Notes under the pieces: model-generated | Told to the model about the DNA's origin: nothing | Databases searched by the model: none | What the model saw: only the letters and a program-made list of their open reading frames with translations | Position numbers and translations under genes: made by a program | Assembly (NCBI GenBank): GCA_016839555.1 | Contig: JAEOUA010000001.1 | Span: 80,554-144,553 of the forward strand | Reading direction: 5' to 3' | DNA: 64,000 nucleotides | From: Promethearchaeota archaeon | GTDB taxonomy: Archaea; Asgardarchaeota; Lokiarchaeia; Sigyniarchaeales; SOKP01 | In this document: piece after piece, positions 28,135 through 36,419 of the stretch | Layout of the letters: each line of letters opens with the position of its first letter | Position numbering within the stretch: the stretch's first letter is position 1

Positions 28135-28710
28135 ATGGATCGAACAGAAAAACTTACAAGAGAAACAAAAGAAACAAAAGTAACTGTAGAATTAAATTTG
28201 GATGGTTCTGGCAAAAATGATATAGATATCGGCTATAAATTTATGAATCATATGCTTACATTATTTTCTCGACATGGAAATATCGATTTAAATATCAAAG
28301 CTTCAGGAGATTTAACTCATCATGTAATTGAAGACGTCGGAATTACTCTTGGACAATGTATTTTAAAAGCTTTAGGAGATAAAAAAGGGATAAATCGATA
28401 TGGATCGGCGCTCATCCCAATGGATGAATCCTTGGCTCGTTGTGCTATTGATTTCTGTGGGAGAAAAGCACTGATCCTCGATTTAAAACTGAATGAGGAG
28501 TGTAATATAGAAGATGTTGCGGTAGAAGATATAAAACATTTTTTTAATTCTTTTGCCGAGAACGCGAAGATGAATTTACATTTAGAAGTATTATATGGCT
28601 CAAATGATCATCATAAGACAGAAGCAGCTTTTAAAGCATTAGCAAGATCAATAAAGCAAGCAAAAACTATTGTGTCTGATGAGATTCCCTCCACCAAAGG
28701 TATATTATAA
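28135..28710 (+). CDS. hisB: Imidazoleglycerol-phosphate dehydratase
   Basis: RETKETKVTVELNLDGSG, HHVIEDVGITLG, IPMDESLA and DHHKTEAAFKALARS are classic HisB motifs. Confidence 0.9.
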   Translation: MDRTEKLTRETKETKVTVELNLDGSGKNDIDIGYKFMNHMLTLFSRHGNIDLNIKASGDLTHHVIEDVGITLGQCILKALGDKKGINRYGSALIPMDESLARCAIDFCGRKALILDLKLNEECNIEDVAVEDIKHFFNSFAENAKMNLHLEVLYGSNDHHKTEAAFKALARSIKQAKTIVSDEIPSTKGIL

Positions 28711-28787
28711 TTTTATTTTATTATTATTTTTCTATAGAACATATTTTTATTAAAAGATATATCAGACAATATGGTATTTCATAAAAA

Positions 28788-31700
28788 ATGAATATTAATA
28801 AGGACTTACAATTAACTTATATTTCTTCTATATATTGGAATAATGAAATAAGTGACTTTTCTTTAATTTCTAGTTCTAAAAAAATACCCTCAGATGCGAG
28901 CTTTTTTTTAATTTGGATTCCTTTTCAAGATTCCTTGGAGTATTTAGAAGAAAATATGAAAAAGAACTTTAAGGAGATACCCATAGATAAATTAATCTCT
29001 TGTTCTATTAATTTAGTCCTTCCAACTCTAAACGATTCTGGATTTGAAAATGTATTTCATATAAGGAAAGTTTATGGAAAAATATTACCTATCTTACCAG
29101 CTAGTAAATTTCTCAATAAACTAGAAATTTTTGAGAATGAAGACACTCCTGAATCTTCCAGATTTCTGAGTGATTCAATTATAACTTGGGCTTTATTAAC
29201 TAAACTTATCTTCGAATTAATAAGCAGAGGGAGCTTTGTACCTGATTTAGATAAATCATCAGAAAGATTTTATAACGGCCATTGGCGCATAATACTGGAA
29301 GATCAATATGATAATGAACGATTTCAAAAAATTTTACATAATTGTCCTTGGACAGCTCATAATCTTCCAGAAACACTAAAACTAAAAAATAATAATTCAT
29401 CACCACAACAAAAGTATATTGTTGAGGAATTATGGCATCCTTCATATATATTTTCTGAATATATGGATACTATTGGGGATTTATTAATAAGATCAATATT
29501 AATTAAAAATAATTTTCAAACCTTTAATGAATTCTATAATACTGAAATACTTAAGGAAAAGAATAGAGAAGTAAATTTGAACTGGGATTATAAATTTTTG
29601 AAATCTTTATTAAAAAAAGACACTCGCTTTCATATACAACAATTTCATGAAACAATTGTACCAAAATTAATTAAGAATTGGTTAAATATTTCAAGAATAT
29701 CCACCCTTCGATATGGAATTAAGATTGTTTTGCAATTAGAGTTACCCAACGACAACCAAGAAGAATGGCCGCTAAATCTTTATATTGCCTTTCAAAACTC
29801 ACAAAATCTTATTTTATTAAAAGACTTTTTAAAAGGAGAGAGCAACTTAGATTTAGAAGTTATGGACTTCTTTGAAACTAAGGAAGAATTAATGGAACTA
29901 ATCTTAAGAAGCTTAGGAAAAATTGTTAAGATATATCCTCCCATAAAAAAGGCTCTGGATGGTTCCTATCCGAAAGAATTGAAGCTATCATCTTCAGAAG
30001 TAATGAATTTTCTTTCTTATCCTAAAGATATATTAATCCAGAGTGGATTTAATGTGATTTTACCGGAAGTATTTAAAAAAGGAGGAAAACAAAGATTATC
30101 GGCAATAATGATTATTTATTCAGAAGAGGAATTAGAAGAGAAGAAAATATCAACATCTTCTATTGCTCCTATGTTTCAATTAAACGATATGTTGAATTTT
30201 CGATGGGAGGGAGAACTTGGTGATAAACAATTAGATAAAGAACAATTTGAAAAACTTATTGATGCCAATCAACCTCTCATTAATATAAAAGGAGAATGGG
30301 TCTTAGTGGATCAACAAGATCTTGAGAATATACACAAAATTTTTAATTCATCAGCAGAAGTTGGAAACTATACTAAACCTCAAGGAACTATTAAATATCT
30401 AGATGCTCTAAAATTAGGTTTATCTAAAGAAGTAGAAGTAGGTACCACCGGGATTAATTATAAAGTAATTATAAAGGGACATTTTGAAGAAATTATAAAT
30501 AAGATAAAAACAATAGAAAAATTTGAAGAAATTTCCATACCAGCTTCATTTAATGGAATATTAAGAGAATATCAAAAAGTAGGTTTAACATGGATGGCAA
30601 ATCTATGTGAATTAAATTTTGGAATGTGCCTTGCAGATGATATGGGTCTCGGAAAGACCATTCAAGTTATTGCCTTATTGCTGCATTTTAAACAAAAATA
30701 CCCCCAAAATTTAAATAGTGTTTTAATAATATGCCCTACTTCAGTTTTATATAATTGGAAAAAAGAAATAAACCGATTTGGACCAGATCTCGATGTGATT
30801 TTTCATCATGGACCAGAAAGAGTAAAAAAACTTTCAAAAATCTCTAAATATGTCAAATCTCATCGAATAATCCTGACCACTTTTGGTACAATAAGAAATG
30901 ATGTTGATTTATTAAAGACAATACAATTTACAGGAATTATCGTGGATGAATCGCAGAATATGAAAAACTATGAAGCTCAACAAACCCAAGCCATCTATAA
31001 ATTACAGAGTAACTATCGAATATGTTTGAGTGGAACACCAATAGAAAATCGATTAATGGAATTATGGACATTATTCGAGTTTTTAAACCCAGGGCTCTTA
31101 GGAGATCAAAAAAAATTCCGAGATAATTTTGTAATTCCCATAGAAAGATTCCATAATCAAGACGCGACAGAAAAACTTAAAAAAATCATATCACCCTTTA
31201 TTCTAAGAAGAGAAAAAAGCGATAAATCCATAATAAAGGATTTGCCGGAAAAAAATGAAATGAAAATTTATATTGAGTTAAGTGAAATGCAATATGAACT
31301 TTATAAAAAATTAGTTCAGGAGACTTTAAAACAATTCGAAAGTACGCATGCTGATAAAAAAAATAAAAGTATGTATATATTAACCCTGTTGACAAAACTG
31401 AAACAAATTTGCAATCATCCCTTCCAATTTTTACATAAATCAATTTCTATCGAAGAATTATCAGAAAATTTTGAAAACTTCGTCTCAATGTCTCCAAAAT
31501 TAGAAAGACTATTAGAAATGATCGATGAAGTTATCAGTAAAGGGGAAAAAGCGATCATTTTTACTCAATTTACTCAAATGGGAAATATCCTTAAAAAAGT
31601 TTTGAGTTATAAATATAATTTTCCCATACTTTATTTTCATGGAAGTGTTACTGCCGATAAGAGAAAAGAAATAGTGGATGAATTTCAATCTGAAAAACCA

Positions 31701-32018
31701 AATACTCCGCCCCTCTTAATTTTGTCTCTTCGAGCAGGAGGTTTAGGTCTTAATTTAACAGCAGCAACTACGGTATTTCATTACGATAGATGGTGGAATC
31801 CTGCTGTAGAAAAGCAAGCAACAGATAGAGCATACCGAATCGGTCAAACAGAAAGCGTAAATGTGTATAAATTCATTATGGCAGATACTATTGAGGAGAA
31901 AATAGATAAACTTATTGAAGAGAAAAAAGAGTTAGCTGATATGGTTATAGCTACTGGAGAGTCATGGATTTCAGAATTAAATGACGAAAAAATTAAGGAA
32001 TTAATTTCATTAGAATAA
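28788..32018 (+). CDS. SNF2-family helicase/translocase with a long N-terminal domain
   Basis: Motif I DDMGLGKT, motif II DESQNMKN, LSGTPIENRLMELW, and motif VI QATDRAYRIGQ. The ~560-aa N-terminal extension resembles the bacterial SNF2 N-terminal domain. Confidence 0.9.
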   Translation: MNINKDLQLTYISSIYWNNEISDFSLISSSKKIPSDASFFLIWIPFQDSLEYLEENMKKNFKEIPIDKLISCSINLVLPTLNDSGFENVFHIRKVYGKILPILPASKFLNKLEIFENEDTPESSRFLSDSIITWALLTKLIFELISRGSFVPDLDKSSERFYNGHWRIILEDQYDNERFQKILHNCPWTAHNLPETLKLKNNNSSPQQKYIVEELWHPSYIFSEYMDTIGDLLIRSILIKNNFQTFNEFYNTEILKEKNREVNLNWDYKFLKSLLKKDTRFHIQQFHETIVPKLIKNWLNISRISTLRYGIKIVLQLELPNDNQEEWPLNLYIAFQNSQNLILLKDFLKGESNLDLEVMDFFETKEELMELILRSLGKIVKIYPPIKKALDGSYPKELKLSSSEVMNFLSYPKDILIQSGFNVILPEVFKKGGKQRLSAIMIIYSEEELEEKKISTSSIAPMFQLNDMLNFRWEGELGDKQLDKEQFEKLIDANQPLINIKGEWVLVDQQDLENIHKIFNSSAEVGNYTKPQGTIKYLDALKLGLSKEVEVGTTGINYKVIIKGHFEEIINKIKTIEKFEEISIPASFNGILREYQKVGLTWMANLCELNFGMCLADDMGLGKTIQVIALLLHFKQKYPQNLNSVLIICPTSVLYNWKKEINRFGPDLDVIFHHGPERVKKLSKISKYVKSHRIILTTFGTIRNDVDLLKTIQFTGIIVDESQNMKNYEAQQTQAIYKLQSNYRICLSGTPIENRLMELWTLFEFLNPGLLGDQKKFRDNFVIPIERFHNQDATEKLKKIISPFILRREKSDKSIIKDLPEKNEMKIYIELSEMQYELYKKLVQETLKQFESTHADKKNKSMYILTLLTKLKQICNHPFQFLHKSISIEELSENFENFVSMSPKLERLLEMIDEVISKGEKAIIFTQFTQMGNILKKVLSYKYNFPILYFHGSVTADKRKEIVDEFQSEKPNTPPLLILSLRAGGLGLNLTAATTVFHYDRWWNPAVEKQATDRAYRIGQTESVNVYKFIMADTIEEKIDKLIEEKKELADMVIATGESWISELNDEKIKELISLE

Positions 32019-32047
32019 AAATTTCAAATTGTTAATAATTAGAAAAA

Positions 32048-32968
32048 ATGAACGAAAAAAGAGATTATAGAAAGCTATCAGATAGAAATTATTATCCTAA
32101 GATGGATAAACGAAAAAAACATGAAGAAGTAAAGCAAATTAAAGAAGATTTAATTAATTATGCGAAAACTTCTTGGGGAAAAAAGTGGATCCATTCCATC
32201 TTAAAAATAGGTCGTCCTTATAGGATGCGTCGAGCGATGAAATATGCAGAAGATGAAGAGAGAATTAGTAATTTAGTAATAAAAAAAGGAGAAATTTTTT
32301 CATTAGTTCAAGGGACAGCTCCCACCCCATATCGAGTAAGAATTTTCTTTAAACCAATTCCTGAGAAGGCATGGCAAGAAATTGAAAAGGAGATCTCCAA
32401 AAATCTACTTAATTTAATCCATTTGTTAGAAGGTAATTTATCCGACGAAATTATTGAAATTTTTGAGAAAAAAAATTATTCTCTATTTTATGATATTTCA
32501 GAAGGATTTAATGCGAGATGTTCTTGTCCAGATCAAGCTATACCTTGTAAACATATTGCTGCTACTATACTTTATGTTTCTAGAGTTGTGGACTATAATC
32601 CATTAATTCTCTTAAAACTTAAAGGAAAAAAGAAAAAAGAATTATTGTCAGAACTAAATATCGGCAGAAATATTGCGATAGAGCCAGCTGATAAGGCATC
32701 TAATAAGCAAATGATTAGCAAGAAAACCTCATATTACTCGTTTAATGTACCTAAAATATCAACAAAAGAGATTAAGATTCAAAAATCCTTAAGGGACGAT
32801 ATAAAAGATATTAATTTTCAATTTAGCAAACCAGGTAAGGTTATAGAAACATTAGAAAATTTAGGCTTGCCACCGAATTTAGAAAATCCCAGAGCTTTTG
32901 CTATTGTTCTTGATAAAATTTATAGAACTATAACAACTGAAGCATATAAAATATCACTCTCAAAATAG
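32048..32968 (+). CDS. SWIM zinc-finger protein
   Basis: CSCPDQAIPCKHIAA fits the SWIM pattern CxC-xn-CxH. 29 nt downstream of the SNF2 gene. Confidence 0.75.
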   Translation: MNEKRDYRKLSDRNYYPKMDKRKKHEEVKQIKEDLINYAKTSWGKKWIHSILKIGRPYRMRRAMKYAEDEERISNLVIKKGEIFSLVQGTAPTPYRVRIFFKPIPEKAWQEIEKEISKNLLNLIHLLEGNLSDEIIEIFEKKNYSLFYDISEGFNARCSCPDQAIPCKHIAATILYVSRVVDYNPLILLKLKGKKKKELLSELNIGRNIAIEPADKASNKQMISKKTSYYSFNVPKISTKEIKIQKSLRDDIKDINFQFSKPGKVIETLENLGLPPNLENPRAFAIVLDKIYRTITTEAYKISLSK

Positions 32969-32985
32969 AAAATTTCCCTAAAAAT

Positions 32986-33147
32986 TTAATAGTCTGGTCT
33001 ATCCTTCTTTCTTGATTGTAAATTCTGAAGTATTTTATCCCATTTATTTGCTAATTCCTTATTTCCAGCTTCTTTAACATATAAAATTGAGCGATTTAAG
33101 ATTTTCATAATTTTTTCTTCAGAGGGCGAAAAATTTCTTTCTTCCAT
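32986..33147 (-). CDS. Possible small helical protein (53 aa; not in the track)
   Basis: My own translation is MEERNFSPSEEKIMKILNRSILYVKEAGNKELANKWDKILQNLQSRKKDRPDY*. It has an ATG start but no recognised family and could be spurious. Confidence 0.2.
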   Translation of the reverse strand: MEERNFSPSEEKIMKILNRSILYVKEAGNKELANKWDKILQNLQSRKKDRPDY

Positions 33148-33294
33148 ATTATAGACTCTTCATTATCTTAAAAAAAAAGGAATATATTATTGAGATATTA
33201 GTGTTTGAATTATTTTCATATTATATATAAACTTAATAATTATGATAATTATATTTACAATAAAGACTAAAAACTGAATTCAAGTTAAACAAAA

Positions 33295-34251
33295 ATGGAA
33301 AACTTGCTGAATAATTTATTAGAAAACTACATGGAGATCATAGATGACATTTTAGCAGTAGCGATTGTTGATAAAAATGGATTAATAATCACTTCTAAGA
33401 AACGAGAGAGCTCAGAAAAAGGTTCAGACCAAGTGATAGGAGTGATCTCTGCGGTACTTGAAGGTTATATAGACCGCCTTAAAAAAGAATTTGATACTAA
33501 AAGCACCTTTTTTAATATTACAGAGACCGGTGACAAGAAGTTTACATTCTGTTCAAAAGGTCAAAATACCATTTTAGCAACTATTTCAGAATTGGAAACC
33601 TCTAATACAGAATTAAGGGTTCTCTCAGAATACGTAGCAGGTCAGATCGAATTATTAATTGAAGGGAAAGAAAACTTCACTATAAAAATACCTCATATTA
33701 TCCAAGTACTCTCAAAAACACGTAGCGGAAAGTTTCCTGAGGGAGAATATTCGGTAAAATTAATAATTACCGGTGATTCTAAAGTTGGAAAGACGAGTTT
33801 AGTAAGAAGGTTTGTAGAAAATAAGTTTAATGAGGAATATATAACAACCATGGGAGTTGATATTACAAAACATGTAGTAAACATTGATGATCGAGCAGAA
33901 ATCAATTTTATCATTTGGGACATTGGTGGACAAAATTTTACACCATATAGAACCAAATTTTATAACGGAGCTAATTGTGCGATGATTATTATTGATAGAA
34001 CCCGTCAAAAGACTTTAGAAACTATTGAAGGATGGTATAATGATATAAAAGAATCTGTAAAAAAAGAAATTCCCATTGTTATAGTTGCCAATAAAAGCGA
34101 TCTTGTTAATGAAATTGAATTAGAAGAAAAAGAGATAAAGCAACAAGCGGATAAATTTGGATTTAATTTTATCATCAGCTCAGCTAAGACGGGCGAAAAC
34201 GTATCTACAGCATTTTTATATATGGGCTATAAATTTTTGGAAAATTTATAA
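33295..34251 (+). CDS. Roadblock/LC7 domain fused to a Rab-like small GTPase
   Basis: The N-terminal ~125 aa are Roadblock-like: ILAVAIVDKNGLIITS...VIGVISAVLEG...FCSKGQNTILATIS. The C-terminal G domain has G1 GDSKVGKT, G3 WDIGGQ, G4 NKSD and G5 SSAKTG. Confidence 0.8.
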   Translation: MENLLNNLLENYMEIIDDILAVAIVDKNGLIITSKKRESSEKGSDQVIGVISAVLEGYIDRLKKEFDTKSTFFNITETGDKKFTFCSKGQNTILATISELETSNTELRVLSEYVAGQIELLIEGKENFTIKIPHIIQVLSKTRSGKFPEGEYSVKLIITGDSKVGKTSLVRRFVENKFNEEYITTMGVDITKHVVNIDDRAEINFIIWDIGGQNFTPYRTKFYNGANCAMIIIDRTRQKTLETIEGWYNDIKESVKKEIPIVIVANKSDLVNEIELEEKEIKQQADKFGFNFIISSAKTGENVSTAFLYMGYKFLENL

Positions 34252-34423
34252 TCATATACTTTTTGAATTATGTATTAAAACATGTTTATTGTATTTTTTT
34301 AAAAAAATTATTTTAAAAGCGAATAATTTATTATTATTAAAAATAAGGAGGTTTGAGTTAACAATAGTACTTAAAGTACAATTCAATGATGTATTAGCGA
34401 CTTGAGATGCACAAGGATACTTA

Positions 34424-35287
34424 ATGGGGTTCTCTATTAAAGAATTGACTTATAAAAATAAATATCTGTTGTTTCTTACAGAACAAGAATATGCAGGACC
34501 TTGGTTTAGTTTTAAACTATATGGAGAAAACGTGGGAACAATTCCTGTGATCCTTAAAAATATTGAACCGACTCCAATTTATAAATTGGTAAATAGCAAG
34601 AAAGGCACATTTGTAGATCGGATAACTCTTGATTTTGATATCAAAGAATATTTAAAAAAACTTATCAAGGATGGAAAAATTGATTCGATAGAATTTACTA
34701 GAGAAGAGCTCTATATCAGATTATTTATTGATGTATTTAATAAACCAAAAGTGCCTTACATAAACACGTTTTTTACCTTTAAAAATATATCGGATTATGA
34801 TTTAATAGATTTCAATATTTATTTTGTATTCGATTTTGATATAAATGGATTAGAAGGATTTGACAATGACTTATCAGGATATGATAAAGATAATGATATT
34901 TTATACCAATATGACAACACAAATCTACATGGTGGATTTTCTCCAATCTCTAAATCTACAAATTTCGAAACATGTCTTACAAAAGATTTTGAAATTAATG
35001 AAAATCATTTAAATTTATCAAATACTCTATATGAAGAGCCTGGAGAAATTTTATCAGCCTTACAGATTGAATTCAAGACATTACAACCAGAACAGACTTT
35101 TCAAACAGCATTAACTGTATCAGGAGGATTAAACAAACAAGAATTAATTGAAAATATTCGAGATGGAAAGTCAAATGCTATCAAATTTCTAAACCAAGTA
35201 AATAGAAATGTCAAATCAAAACAGAGAAATCTCCAAGAACTGGCATTTGTGTCATTAAATCTTCAAGAAGCAAAAGACTGCGATTAA
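34424..35287 (+). CDS. Hypothetical beta-rich protein
   Basis: 287-aa ORF with coding-like composition. No family recognised. Confidence 0.5.
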   Translation: MGFSIKELTYKNKYLLFLTEQEYAGPWFSFKLYGENVGTIPVILKNIEPTPIYKLVNSKKGTFVDRITLDFDIKEYLKKLIKDGKIDSIEFTREELYIRLFIDVFNKPKVPYINTFFTFKNISDYDLIDFNIYFVFDFDINGLEGFDNDLSGYDKDNDILYQYDNTNLHGGFSPISKSTNFETCLTKDFEINENHLNLSNTLYEEPGEILSALQIEFKTLQPEQTFQTALTVSGGLNKQELIENIRDGKSNAIKFLNQVNRNVKSKQRNLQELAFVSLNLQEAKDCD

Positions 35288-35492
35288 TAAAAATGATGAT
35301 TCAAATAAAAAAAGCCAGAGATGGGCATTTATTTGATGAATACCTTGCAAGAGGAAGTATTAATCAAATCGAATTTATCTACTTTTAATTATTTTAAGCA
35401 TATTTGTAAAAATTATCAAAAGTTTTATATTCTATTGAAGTTCTTAATTTTATATAAAAAACAATATAGAAGAAAAATATTATTTTGCTTTT

Positions 35493-36419
35493 ATGGAAAA
35501 TAGCGATTTAAAGGTCTTTAAACTTCTTTACTCTGGAGAAATAAAAGAACAAACGCTGGAAAGCGGAAACTTAGTAGATATTTTTTCTAATTTTAGCGTC
35601 TTAGCTTTTTATATCGGTAAAAATAAACGTTTATATACTTGGATAGGCGAAGATGCATCTAGAACCTTAAAAAATTATATTGTAAATATGCGACAAGCTT
35701 TTTCAGAAGAATATCCTTATATGAGAGTATTGAGATATATAACAGAGGATTCTATTGAATCTATGAGTGAGAATGATGAATTTTTCTCAGATATTGGGAT
35801 TTTAAAAGAAAATATCGTTAAACATTTAGAATTGGAAAAAAGTAAGTATGAAGAAGAACTTCAAACCAAAATAAATAATCTCAAAGAGGAAGCAGATTCG
35901 TTTTTTGAAAATGAAAACTTCGAAAAGGCTATTGAAATTTCAAAAACGATAATTGAGCTTGCAAAAGAAACACAAGATAAAAAATTGATAGAGGATCAGG
36001 AAGCATTTATATCTGAAGCAGAAGCAAGAATGAAAGCAAAATTTATATTAACAGAAATTAGAGAAGAAAGTAAAAAAATTAAAAAAAGATATTTAGAAGC
36101 AAAAAAGAATAATATACAGATTAAAGCATTATATAATTATGTTCAAACATTTAAGAAAAATTATGAGCAATATCTTACTTTGCCTGCCTTAGAAACTATA
36201 CAGAGATTAATTTTAAATGTGGAAGAACTATGGTCTGAATATTTTTCTAAAATAAAGAAACAAGACCAAATAGAAGAAGATATGGAAATAATCAATTCTC
36301 TTAGGGAAAAAGGTAAGGATAAATTGAATAAGGGATCTTTATCGGAAGCTCATAAATATTTTGAAAAAATAACGGTTAAAATTAATAAACTTTTAAAAAA
36401 GACTAGTGAGAATATATGA
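35493..36419 (+). CDS. Gelsolin-like N-terminal domain + coiled-coil protein, putative
   Basis: The first ~105 aa are KVFKLLYSG...LVDIFSNFSVLAFYIGKNKRLYTWIGEDASRTLKNYI...RVLRYITEDSES..EFFSDIG. This follows the gelsolin-repeat pattern (F/L-x-V ... LNS-D-x-F-I-L ... I-Y-x-W-x-G-x-x-S-S ... E-x-x-E-F). The rest is a helical coiled coil. ATGA overlap with the next gene. Confidence 0.5.
   Translation: MENSDLKVFKLLYSGEIKEQTLESGNLVDIFSNFSVLAFYIGKNKRLYTWIGEDASRTLKNYIVNMRQAFSEEYPYMRVLRYITEDSIESMSENDEFFSDIGILKENIVKHLELEKSKYEEELQTKINNLKEEADSFFENENFEKAIEISKTIIELAKETQDKKLIEDQEAFISEAEARMKAKFILTEIREESKKIKKRYLEAKKNNIQIKALYNYVQTFKKNYEQYLTLPALETIQRLILNVEELWSEYFSKIKKQDQIEEDMEIINSLREKGKDKLNKGSLSEAHKYFEKITVKINKLLKKTSENI

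Noticed and set aside
34347-34365. A strong Shine-Dalgarno-like GGAGGT followed by TTG, 70 nt upstream of the 34424 gene.
   Set aside because: The TTG frame stops after two codons (TTG AGT TAA), and it is too far from the 34424 ATG to serve it.
35293-35360. Possible C/D-box sRNA: ATGATGA at 35293-35299 and TGATGA at 35334-35339 in the spacer before the gelsolin-like gene.
   Set aside because: No CTGA D or D' boxes occur at the required ~12-nt spacing, and there is no terminal stem.
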